Shown here piece after piece: positions 29,730 to 37,171 of a DNA stretch of 64,000 bases. Location of the stretch: assembly GCA_965209055.1 (NCBI GenBank), contig OZ242374.1, positions 5,920,001 to 5,984,000 on the forward strand, read 5' to 3'. This DNA is from Acidobacteriota bacterium. Its GTDB lineage: Bacteria > Acidobacteriota > UBA6911 > RPQK01 > JAJDTT01. Positions within the stretch are counted from its first letter, which is position 1. The number at the start of each line of letters is the position of its first letter. Under the pieces are notes generated by a model that was not told where the DNA came from, did not search any database, and was given only the letters and a program-made list of their open reading frames with translations. The translations under genes and the position numbers were made by a program.

Positions 29730-30707
29730 GTGGAGCCCGCCCGAGAACTCCTGTATCTGTCGCGCGAGGACATCGAGGGAATCGGACTTTCGATGGCCCG
29801 CATCGTCGAGGCGGTGGAGGATTCCCTGGTCCAGAAAGGATCGGGGAACGTGGAGATGCCGCCGAAGCCGGGCATCCATACCCGGCCGGGAGCGTTCATC
29901 CACGCCATGCCGGCGTACATCCGAACCACGGGCGCCGCCGGATTGAAGTGGGTCGGCGGTTATCCCGGAAACTCGGCCCGCGGCCTCCCCTACATTACGG
30001 GCCTCATGATCCTGAACGATCCGGAGTCCGGAGTGCCTCTGGCGGTGATGGACGCCACCTGGATCACGGCCATCCGGACCGGTGCGGCCACGGCCGTGGC
30101 GGCCCGTCATCTGGCCCGCCGGGACTCGAATACGGCCGCCATTCTGGGATGCGGGGTCCAGGGCCGATCCAACCTGGAGGCGCTGACAGTGGTCCTCCCC
30201 GAACTCCGGGACATCCGTGTCTACGATGTCCGGCTGGAAGCGGCCCACGCCTTCGCGAGGGAATGCGTAGAGCGTCACGAACTCTCTTGCACGGTCTGCG
30301 CCTCCCCCCGGCAAGCCGTCAGAACCGCGGACGTGGTGGTCACCGCAGGACCCATGCCGAGTCCGCCCGCACCGGTGATCGAACCGGACTGGCTCCCGGA
30401 AGGGGTCTTCGTCTGCGTCCTGGACTTCGACGCCTATGTGACACCCGCGGCCTTCCACGCCGCCGACCTGCTGGTGACGGACGACGTGGCGCAGCTCGAC
30501 TACTATCGCAGCGTGGGGTATTTCAAGGGTCTCCCCCCCGTGCTTTCCGAGTTGTCAGACGTGGTTCGGGGACGGGGAGGGCGCCTGCGGGCGGAGCAAC
30601 GGATCATATCCGTCAACCTGGGACTGGGCGCGGAAGACGTGGCCACGGCCCAATTGATCTACACGAGTGCATTGGACCAGGGAGCGGGAACCGTCCTTCC
30701 CCTCTGA
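29730..30707 (+). CDS. Ornithine cyclodeaminase / mu-crystallin family imine reductase
   Basis: MPPKP, HAMPAY, ITAIRTGAATAVA, GCGVQG, GLGAEDVA. Confidence 0.9.
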   Translation: MEPARELLYLSREDIEGIGLSMARIVEAVEDSLVQKGSGNVEMPPKPGIHTRPGAFIHAMPAYIRTTGAAGLKWVGGYPGNSARGLPYITGLMILNDPESGVPLAVMDATWITAIRTGAATAVAARHLARRDSNTAAILGCGVQGRSNLEALTVVLPELRDIRVYDVRLEAAHAFARECVERHELSCTVCASPRQAVRTADVVVTAGPMPSPPAPVIEPDWLPEGVFVCVLDFDAYVTPAAFHAADLLVTDDVAQLDYYRSVGYFKGLPPVLSELSDVVRGRGGRLRAEQRIISVNLGLGAEDVATAQLIYTSALDQGAGTVLPL

Positions 30708-30735
30708 TCCGATGAGATAAGAAAGGAGCATCGCA

Positions 30736-31314
30736 ATGGTTCTGACTGCATCGACCATGTTGGGTCTCGGCACCGAGGCCCCGGACTTCCAGTTGCCGGA
30801 CGTGACGACGGGTGAGACCGTTTCCCTGGACAACTTCTCGGGGAACAAGGCCCTGTTGGTCATGTTCATCTGCAAGCACTGCCCTTACGTCGTTCACGTC
30901 CAGGAGGAGCTGGCCCGCCTGGGGAACGAGTACCAGGCCCGGGACGTGGGCGTCGTGGCCATCGGCTCCAACGACGTGGACGCCTACCCGGGAGACGCCC
31001 CAGGCGAGCTGAAGAACATGGCCCGGGAGCACGGGTTCCAGTTCCCCTACTGCTTCGATGAGACCCAGGCGATCGCCAAGGCCTACACGGCGGCCTGCAC
31101 ACCGGACTTCTTCCTCTTCGACCAGGACCGGCGCCTGGCCTATCGCGGCCAGTTGGACGACAGCCGGCCCGGAAGCGACGCGCCGGTGACCGGCGAAGAC
31201 CTGAGAGGAGCCCTCGACACGGTCTTGGCCGGGGACGTCCCCGATCCGGAACAGCAGCCCAGCCTGGGTTGCAACATCAAGTGGAAGCCGGGCAACGAGC
31301 CGGCCTACTTCTGA
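30736..31314 (+). CDS. Thioredoxin-family (AhpC/TSA-like) protein
   Basis: FICKHCPYV, AACTPDFF, GCNIKW. Confidence 0.92.
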   Translation: MVLTASTMLGLGTEAPDFQLPDVTTGETVSLDNFSGNKALLVMFICKHCPYVVHVQEELARLGNEYQARDVGVVAIGSNDVDAYPGDAPGELKNMAREHGFQFPYCFDETQAIAKAYTAACTPDFFLFDQDRRLAYRGQLDDSRPGSDAPVTGEDLRGALDTVLAGDVPDPEQQPSLGCNIKWKPGNEPAYF

Positions 31315-32738
31315 GGCCGATTCGAATCTGATTCGGGGGCCGGCGGTGAATCCGGTCCCCTCCCGCCGACGCGCTTCAGACCTTCCTGGGCGTACCGGTT
31401 ATCCGGGTTCATGCCCACGGCGCGGCCGTAGTGCGCCCGGGCAGCGGCCCGGTCCCCCTCCAACTCCGACAGGTACCCCAGGGCAGCCCAGTTGTAATCG
31501 TCGTCCGGGTCGAGGGACACCGCGGCCCGGAACGATTCACCGGCCTTTTCGACTTGTCCGTCCCGGAGCAGCGCGACTCCCAGGTTGTAGTGCGGGCGCG
31601 CCTTTCCCGGGCTCTTGGCCACCGCGTCGCGCCAGAGCAACAGGTCGTCGTTCCAGATCCGGTTGCGCGCCAGCGTCGGCGGAATCAGCAGGACCGCCAG
31701 GACCCCGATGCCCACCCATTGCACAAGGTTCGGCCAGCCTCTATTGGTCCGGCGGGGAAACAGCAACCAAGCCGCCGCCAGGGCGAATCCGGCCGCCGGC
31801 AGGTAGAGTCGTTGCTCACTGAAGGGATCCAGGTTGGGCAGGATCCAGGTCGGCAGGCTGAAGGCCAGGATCCAGAGCAGTCCGATTCCAGGTGTGGAGC
31901 AGCTCCGGCGGGAGCCGAGCACCGCGATCGCCACAGCGAGCAGCGCGGCCGCCGAGATCACCGTCAGCAGCAGGTTCGGCTCGGGGACCTGATGGTCCAG
32001 GTTCAGGTTGGCCGGCCATAGAAACAGCCCCAGACCCTTCCAGAACATCACCGGCTGCAACAACCAGTAACCGACCGGATCGGGATGGTTCCACGCCATT
32101 CCCGCCGGCGAGTACTTGAGCAGCGACCAGCCCAGGGCCAACCCGTTGGCAATGGTCAATCCGGCCCACCATCTCCATCGTTCCCGATTCACCACCCAGA
32201 GAAATGGAAGCAGCATGGCGGCTTCCGCGCGGCTCCAGAGCGCCAGTTGGAAACAGAGGACCGCCGCCCACGGCCTGCGCGCCGCCAGCAGGAGCGCGGC
32301 CAGTCCGAAGCCGCTCATGAGCAGCACCGAGCGAGCCCAGACGTAGTTCACGGCCTGCGTCTGGATCGGATGCAGCCCGAATAGCAGCGCCGTCGTCAGG
32401 GCCAGGCCCAGGTTCCGGAAGCGCTCCAGAATCAACAGGAACAGGAGCAGGACCACCGCCAGGTGGAGAAGGAGGTTCACCAGGTGAAAGGCCCAGGCCT
32501 GAGGGCCGGAGACCAGGTAGTTCAAATGAAACGTCCAGAGCGTCAGGGGCCGGCCGCCGTACTGTTCCAGAAACGCCCCGTATTCGAAGCGCTCGGTCAC
32601 CAGGGAACTTTCCAGGATCAGCGCGTAGTCATCGAAGTGGAAGGCCGCCGGGAACGAGTTGAGATAGACGGCGCCGGTGATCAGAATGAGCGCTGACCCG
32701 GCAATTCTCGTTGCGCCTGGTGAATCCACAAGCCCCAT
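31305..32738 (-). CDS. TMTC-like GT-C membrane glycosyltransferase with C-terminal TPRs
   Basis: FHFDD first-loop motif, RPLT, FHLVNLLLH, LHPIQTQAV, EQRLYLP, RN.IW...LW, TPR repeats. Confidence 0.75.
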   Translation of the reverse strand: MGLVDSPGATRIAGSALILITGAVYLNSFPAAFHFDDYALILESSLVTERFEYGAFLEQYGGRPLTLWTFHLNYLVSGPQAWAFHLVNLLLHLAVVLLLFLLILERFRNLGLALTTALLFGLHPIQTQAVNYVWARSVLLMSGFGLAALLLAARRPWAAVLCFQLALWSRAEAAMLLPFLWVVNRERWRWWAGLTIANGLALGWSLLKYSPAGMAWNHPDPVGYWLLQPVMFWKGLGLFLWPANLNLDHQVPEPNLLLTVISAAALLAVAIAVLGSRRSCSTPGIGLLWILAFSLPTWILPNLDPFSEQRLYLPAAGFALAAAWLLFPRRTNRGWPNLVQWVGIGVLAVLLIPPTLARNRIWNDDLLLWRDAVAKSPGKARPHYNLGVALLRDGQVEKAGESFRAAVSLDPDDDYNWAALGYLSELEGDRAAARAHYGRAVGMNPDNRYAQEGLKRVGGRGPDSPPAPESDSNRPQK

Positions 32739-32816
32739 ACTATGGCTCCGCTTCGAACGAAGCATTCTGACCCACGTTGGAGAGCATTCTCATCCTTTGA
32801 TTCACAATTTCCAGGT

Positions 32817-32845
32817 TTGACACGTATTTGGGGCTTCGTTATCGT
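32817..32845 (+). promoter_or_regulatory. Sigma70-like promoter TTGACA-N17-TATCGT for PIG-L gene
   Basis: Consensus -35 with 17-nt spacer. Confidence 0.55.
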
Positions 32846-32963
32846 GAGTTCTCCTCGACGACTGGCCCTCTTGGGCACTTGATCCCAGAGTGAATCGGCG
32901 GTTCCCGGAGAACTCGCGGATGGTCGCGCTCCAGTCCGGGGGAACCGATTCAGGAGAACCCAA

Positions 32964-33761
32964 ATGACAGATGGAAAGACCAAGACTGTACTCGTGATCA
33001 CGGCCCACCCGGCCGACGCCTTCGACCTGGCCGCAGGCACCATCGCCCTGCACCGGCAACGGGGGGACCAGGTCCACGTGGCTTCCGTGACCCACGGGGC
33101 CCGTTCCCACGCGCCCAGCATTTACGATGACAAGCAGGAAGCTCTGGACGAGGCCAGGGAGGCCCAACTCCTCCAGGAGATCATCCAGGAGAAGAAGCAG
33201 GAGTTCGAAGCCGCCGCCCGGGCGGTCGACGCCACCGCGACCCACTTTCTGGGAGAGGATGACGAGCCCTTTGTAACGACCCGCAGAGTCATTCTCCGCC
33301 TGGCGGAGCTCTACCGGACGGTCCGGCCCGACATCCTGATCACCCATCACCGCACCGAGCAGAACCACCACGACCACCCGGAGGTGGGAGACGCCTCCGC
33401 CCGGGCCATCGTCACCGCCGCGCGTTGGCTGGAGGGTTCGCGCCTGGAGCCCTACGACGTGCCGACCGTCTACTACTACGGCACCCAGGACCGGCGCGAC
33501 GTGCGGATCAACCGCGGTACGGTGGGGGTGGCGGCCACCCACGTCGTGGACATCGAGAGCGTGGTGGACCAGAAGCGGGAGGCGCTCAAGGCTTTCGCCA
33601 CGCAGAAATACCAGGGCAAGGGTTACGCCACGCCGGAGTACCTGAACCGCCGGCTCGAGAGCGTCGAGGGCCACTACGGGCTGTTCAGCGGGTGCCGTTA
33701 CGCCGAAGAGTTCATCGCCCGAGGCCCCCACGTCACCCGGCTACTGCCCTCGGTCCGCTGA
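32964..33761 (+). CDS. PIG-L/LmbE family deacetylase
   Basis: AHPAD, RPDILITH, HHDH motifs. Confidence 0.88.
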   Translation: MTDGKTKTVLVITAHPADAFDLAAGTIALHRQRGDQVHVASVTHGARSHAPSIYDDKQEALDEAREAQLLQEIIQEKKQEFEAAARAVDATATHFLGEDDEPFVTTRRVILRLAELYRTVRPDILITHHRTEQNHHDHPEVGDASARAIVTAARWLEGSRLEPYDVPTVYYYGTQDRRDVRINRGTVGVAATHVVDIESVVDQKREALKAFATQKYQGKGYATPEYLNRRLESVEGHYGLFSGCRYAEEFIARGPHVTRLLPSVR

Positions 33762-33810
33762 TCCTGTCGGTGGGGGGAGAGATCATTCCCCAGAGCTCTG
33801 TGCCGTGGAA

Positions 33811-34077
33811 TCAGGCCGCTTCGCTCTCTTTGCGAAGTCGTGCTTGTGCCAAATCATACGCCGCTTGGAGGCGCATCCAGAAATCGGCATTCGACCAGCC
33901 CACCGCTTCGAGCTTCAAAGCCATCTCAGGTGAAATTCCCGCCTTGCCGTTCAGCACACGAGAGAGAGTGACCCGGGCCACGCCCAGCTTCTTGGCTGCC
34001 TCGGTGATACTCAGTCCCGCTGCTGCACAATCTTGTTTGAGTCCACGTCCGGGATGAGGTGGGTTCTTCATCGGCAT
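33811..34077 (-). CDS. higA: HigA antitoxin (Xre HTH)
   Basis: [38 protein letters not shown]. Confidence 0.93.
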   Translation of the reverse strand: MPMKNPPHPGRGLKQDCAAAGLSITEAAKKLGVARVTLSRVLNGKAGISPEMALKLEAVGWSNADFWMRLQAAYDLAQARLRKESEAA

Positions 34078-34090
34078 TACACCGATCCTC

Positions 34091-34369
34091 CTAATGGTAG
34101 TCGGTCAAGTCCACGTCAAAGACGTCGCCAGCCTCAATACGGAAGATGATCCGCATGTTGGCAGAAACCCGAATACTCCAGAAGCCCCGCAGGTTCCCCT
34201 TAAGCGGGTGCAGCCGGTAGCCTGGAGTGTTCAGGTCGTTCGTGCTGACGGCCACATCAAGGCGGGCAAGGATCTCCTCAATCCGTACGACCTGATAGGC
34301 CTGTAGCTTGCTTTTGTCGCCGCGCTCGAAGAGCCGCTTCAAGCCTCGGTGCCGAAACGTCCTGAGCAC
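34091..34369 (-). CDS. higB: HigB/RelE-like toxin
   Basis: [32 protein letters not shown] end. Confidence 0.93.
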   Translation of the reverse strand: MLRTFRHRGLKRLFERGDKSKLQAYQVVRIEEILARLDVAVSTNDLNTPGYRLHPLKGNLRGFWSIRVSANMRIIFRIEAGDVFDVDLTDYH

Positions 34370-34375
34370 ATCGAA

Positions 34376-34404
34376 ATTGTATCGTTATACGACTCAGTGT
34401 GCCA
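34376..34404 (-). promoter_or_regulatory. higBA promoter TGGCAC-N17-TACAAT overlapping an imperfect palindrome (putative HigA operator)
   Basis: -10 ends 6 nt before GTG; TGTATCGT-TAT-ACGACTCA inverted repeat at 34378-34396. Confidence 0.6.
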
Positions 34405-34441
34405 CTCCCTCATCATCAACAGTGTCGCTCATTGCGGTCAG

Positions 34442-34576
34442 GATCACCCCACCGAGCAGAACCACCACGACCACCCGACCGTGGGTGACACCTCTGTCCG
34501 GGGGCATTGTCACCGCCGCACGTTGGCTGGAGGGTTGCCGGCTGGAACCCGATGACGTGCCGAACGTCTACTACTG
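34442..34576 (+). pseudogene. Diverged internal fragment of the PIG-L deacetylase gene
   Basis: Aligns by eye to about 33338-33478 (EQNHHDHP.VGD...IVTAARWLEG.RLEP.DVP.VYY) with indels. Confidence 0.85.
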
Positions 34577-34704
34577 GGATGAACGTTTTCTGTTTGTGGC
34601 TTCGTGCAACGGAACGGACCTGAGCCAAACCTGGAACCACTCCTCGACCGGAGCACAGAACCCGGCGTCCGCGTAGTGGGACTCCTGCAGCGGGAGATCC
34701 TCGC

Positions 34705-35100
34705 TCATTCCTTCACGATGGTGTTGCTGGAATAAATTCCGAGTTCGCCGTCGATCCGGATCTCCGCCACCAACCGGTATTCGCCCGGATTGGTCGGCGT
34801 ATACGCGCACAGTTCCCGGGTCGTTTCGGTCCCGGAGATGTCCGTCCATTCGGTGTTCGGCGTCGCGCGAGCCTGCCAGTTGGAACTGACGACGGCGTAG
34901 CGATCGTCATCGAAAATCACGTCCTCCATTCCGATACAGCCACCGCTCGAAATGGGCCCGAAAGTCACCTCACCTGAAGATACCGAGACCAGTCCGAGAA
35001 ACACATACGGGTCCGCGCCGGCACCGCTGCGTTGGAAGACCACAAGCCCTTCATCTTCCGTGTCCAGGTATGCGGGGGAAGAGATGGTGACTGTCCCTTT
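34705..35100 (-). pseudogene. 3' fragment of a beta-rich (surface-protein-like) gene, 5' end replaced by intron fragment
   Basis: Coding-like translation ending PGEYRLVAEIRIDG...; upstream in-frame sequence is intron RNA; no start or RBS. Confidence 0.5.
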
Positions 35101-35122
35101 CTCGGATAGCGACGGTCTCCTT

Positions 35123-35371
35123 CCTGCCTCTTTCCCCCCGCGCCGCCCGGCTCTACCTGGTGCGTCTGGATGGAGTTCGGGTTTCGCTGTTGCTCGCCAG
35201 CTCACCGCCCGCACCCGGCCTCACTGCCGGTTCGTGTTCCTGCAGTCGTGGGTTTGCCTGCCGCTTCCTCCAGCTTCACCTCGCGGCTACGCCTTGCGGT
35301 TCGGCTAAGGTTGGTTCCATCACCTCCTTCGGGATCTTTCATCCCTTAGAGACAGCCCATGTCGGGCACAC
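35123..35371 (-). mobile_element. Truncated group II intron (class C-like) 5' fragment, no RT ORF
   Basis: Minus strand begins GTGTGCCCGACATGGG, followed by GGGATGAAAGATCCC, CCGCAAGG and GGAACACGAACC, resembling IIC domain I; starts 3 nt after a hairpin; 3' limit approximate. Confidence 0.8.
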
Positions 35372-35395
35372 GAGCGGCGGTTTCCTAACCGCCGA
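35372..35395. repeat. REP-like hairpin GAGCGGCGGTTTCCTAACCGCCGA (intron target)
   Basis: Perfect 8-bp stem CGGCGGTT/AACCGCCG with TCCT loop. Confidence 0.75.
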
Positions 35396-35541
35396 CTTCC
35401 GGAGTGTCTGTGAACAAACGCGAAACGTGGGCGATGGGTAATCGCCCCGCCTTTGTCTCAGAAGCCGACGGCGCGGAAATCGATCTGTTTCGAGAGCTGG
35501 CAGGTCCCGTTCCGCGACAATTGAAAAACCGTATTCTTTCC

Positions 35542-36066
35542 TCAGGCTCCAAAATACCGGATCGCCTCTGCCAGCAACCCTGAGAGGAAAACCGCGATCA
35601 GGACCGCCCCCACTGCGGTGAACGCCGTGGCGACGACGGTAGCGATCCCAACGCGCCGAAAAACCTGCCAGATCAGGACCACGAGATATGCCTCGAACGT
35701 CGCCAGGGATGCCAACTGCCAGAACTCGATCCAGAAACTCCGGAGCGTCCAGAAGCGTTCGAATACGGGCTCCGAGAGCACGAATCCCAACGCTGCAAGC
35801 ACCAGGGTGGATTCGGCCACGTGCCCCCAACCCAGATAGGGGCGCGCGAGCCAGCTATCTCTTTGTATGCGAGTCCCGATCACGGAGATCACTCTCTCCA
35901 CTATGGACACAAGCAGCAGTGCGCGAACCGGCCGCCGGTCTCCGACCCCAAGACAGACCAAGACCAGGAACAGCACCACGAGACAGGCAGACAATCTCCA
36001 GTCCAGACGCGGAGCATTACCAGTGTGCCATCTGCCTCGAAGCGGACTCACTTCCTTTTCCGGCAT
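35542..36066 (-). CDS. Hypothetical membrane protein (about 5 TM)
   Basis: Hydrophobic 174-aa ORF with AAGGA upstream. Confidence 0.55.
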   Translation of the reverse strand: MPEKEVSPLRGRWHTGNAPRLDWRLSACLVVLFLVLVCLGVGDRRPVRALLLVSIVERVISVIGTRIQRDSWLARPYLGWGHVAESTLVLAALGFVLSEPVFERFWTLRSFWIEFWQLASLATFEAYLVVLIWQVFRRVGIATVVATAFTAVGAVLIAVFLSGLLAEAIRYFGA

Positions 36067-36086
36067 GGGATTCGTCCTTGGTACAT

Positions 36087-36305
36087 GGCCGCTGCCTTCT
36101 GGTTGCGCCGTTTACCGATCGGTGGGCGCCGGGGCCGGGTGGAACAGCCGGTCACCGGAACCACTGACCCGGACTCCGACGACCAGGCCGGGTCCATACT
36201 GCGACTGGCTGTAGGATCAGCGTCAGAGTCTCCCCGCTCACCCCCACCGTCACCACCGGCGCATCCGACGACGTCGCGCGGAAGATCAGCGTGTCCCCGG
36301 CGGCG
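36087..36305 (-). pseudogene. Fused remnants of the adhesin gene (3' end plus an internal piece)
   Basis: 36087-36216 matches 37148-37282; 36220-36305 matches about 38756-38844. Confidence 0.85.
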
Positions 36306-36332
36306 GTGCTGTGAACGGTCGTCCACCCCGGT

Positions 36333-37084
36333 AACTAATGACGTGTGGAAAACGAAAACCGGACAGTCTCGCCGCGGAAAGTGTGGGCTATTCGCCCTTG
36401 GCAACCTTCGAGAGCGCCTCGGCGAATGCGTGGGAGTCCGCCGGCCGCGCCGACCGGGCAGCCGTCAAGATCGATGCTGCAACCCCGATCACGGCCGCTC
36501 CCGTCTTCGACCCTGCGGTTGGCTCGGCGGCGGGAACAAGACGGCGGCGCCGGATCCGGTCCACCGTCTCGTTGAGTCCTGGGGCCGCGAACGGATGCCG
36601 GCCGGACACCATCTCGTACAGGACGACGCACAGGGACCAGACATCGTCGCCTTCATCGGCCATGCGGCCCGAGAGCACATCGGGCGACATGTAGCGCAAG
36701 GTGCCACCTGTGGTCGCGGCCTCGTCCGTCTCACGCGCCAAGCCGAAGTCCAGCAGTTTGGGCGACCCCTCGGACGTGAACCCGATATTGCTGGGCTTGA
36801 TGTCTCCATGCCGGAATCCCTTGGCGTGCACCGCCGCCAACGCGTCGGCCAGCCTGGCCATGGTGGAAACGGCCTCCAGCGGAGGGACCGGGCCGTCCCT
36901 CAGCCGATTCCTCGAGGGTGCCGCCGGGATGAAACTCGACGATGAGGATCGGACGGCCCCGCCAGAACTCGATGCCGTAGATCTGGACGGCTGCCGGATG
37001 CGTCACCGTCGCCATGGTATGCGGGTCCGGCCTCAGGCTCGCCAGATGGTCGGGGGAGACCCTCCCCAGGGTCTTGACCGCGAC
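36333..37084 (-). pseudogene. Frameshifted duplicate of the Ser/Thr kinase C-terminus plus downstream promoter
   Basis: Near-identical to 42611-43361; begins at the VAVK codons; extra T near 36908 shifts the frame. Confidence 0.92.
36335..36365 (-). promoter_or_regulatory. Putative ECF promoter copy TGTCCG-N16-CGTCATTAG
   Basis: Same motif and spacing as 42613-42643 and 45493-45523. Confidence 0.55.
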
Positions 37085-37171
37085 TCGGAAAGAAAGTTGT
37101 TCCTATTGGAACCCCTGCAGGAATCAGCGGACCTCTCAACGGTAGAGGGCCGCTGTCTTCTGGTTCGCCGG

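Noticed and set aside
32855-32940. ZTP or SAM-I riboswitch (CGACTGGC / GACTGGCCC words)
   Set aside because: The remaining consensus elements are missing; kept only as an unknown structured leader
34571-34708. Short ORF start MSEDLPLQESHY coupled to the upstream fragment
   Set aside because: About 45 codons with no recognisable family; probably another truncated gene, not supportable as a feature
36087-37084. Diversity-generating retroelement TR/VR pair
   Set aside because: No reverse transcriptase in the window; differences include indels and are not confined to adenines
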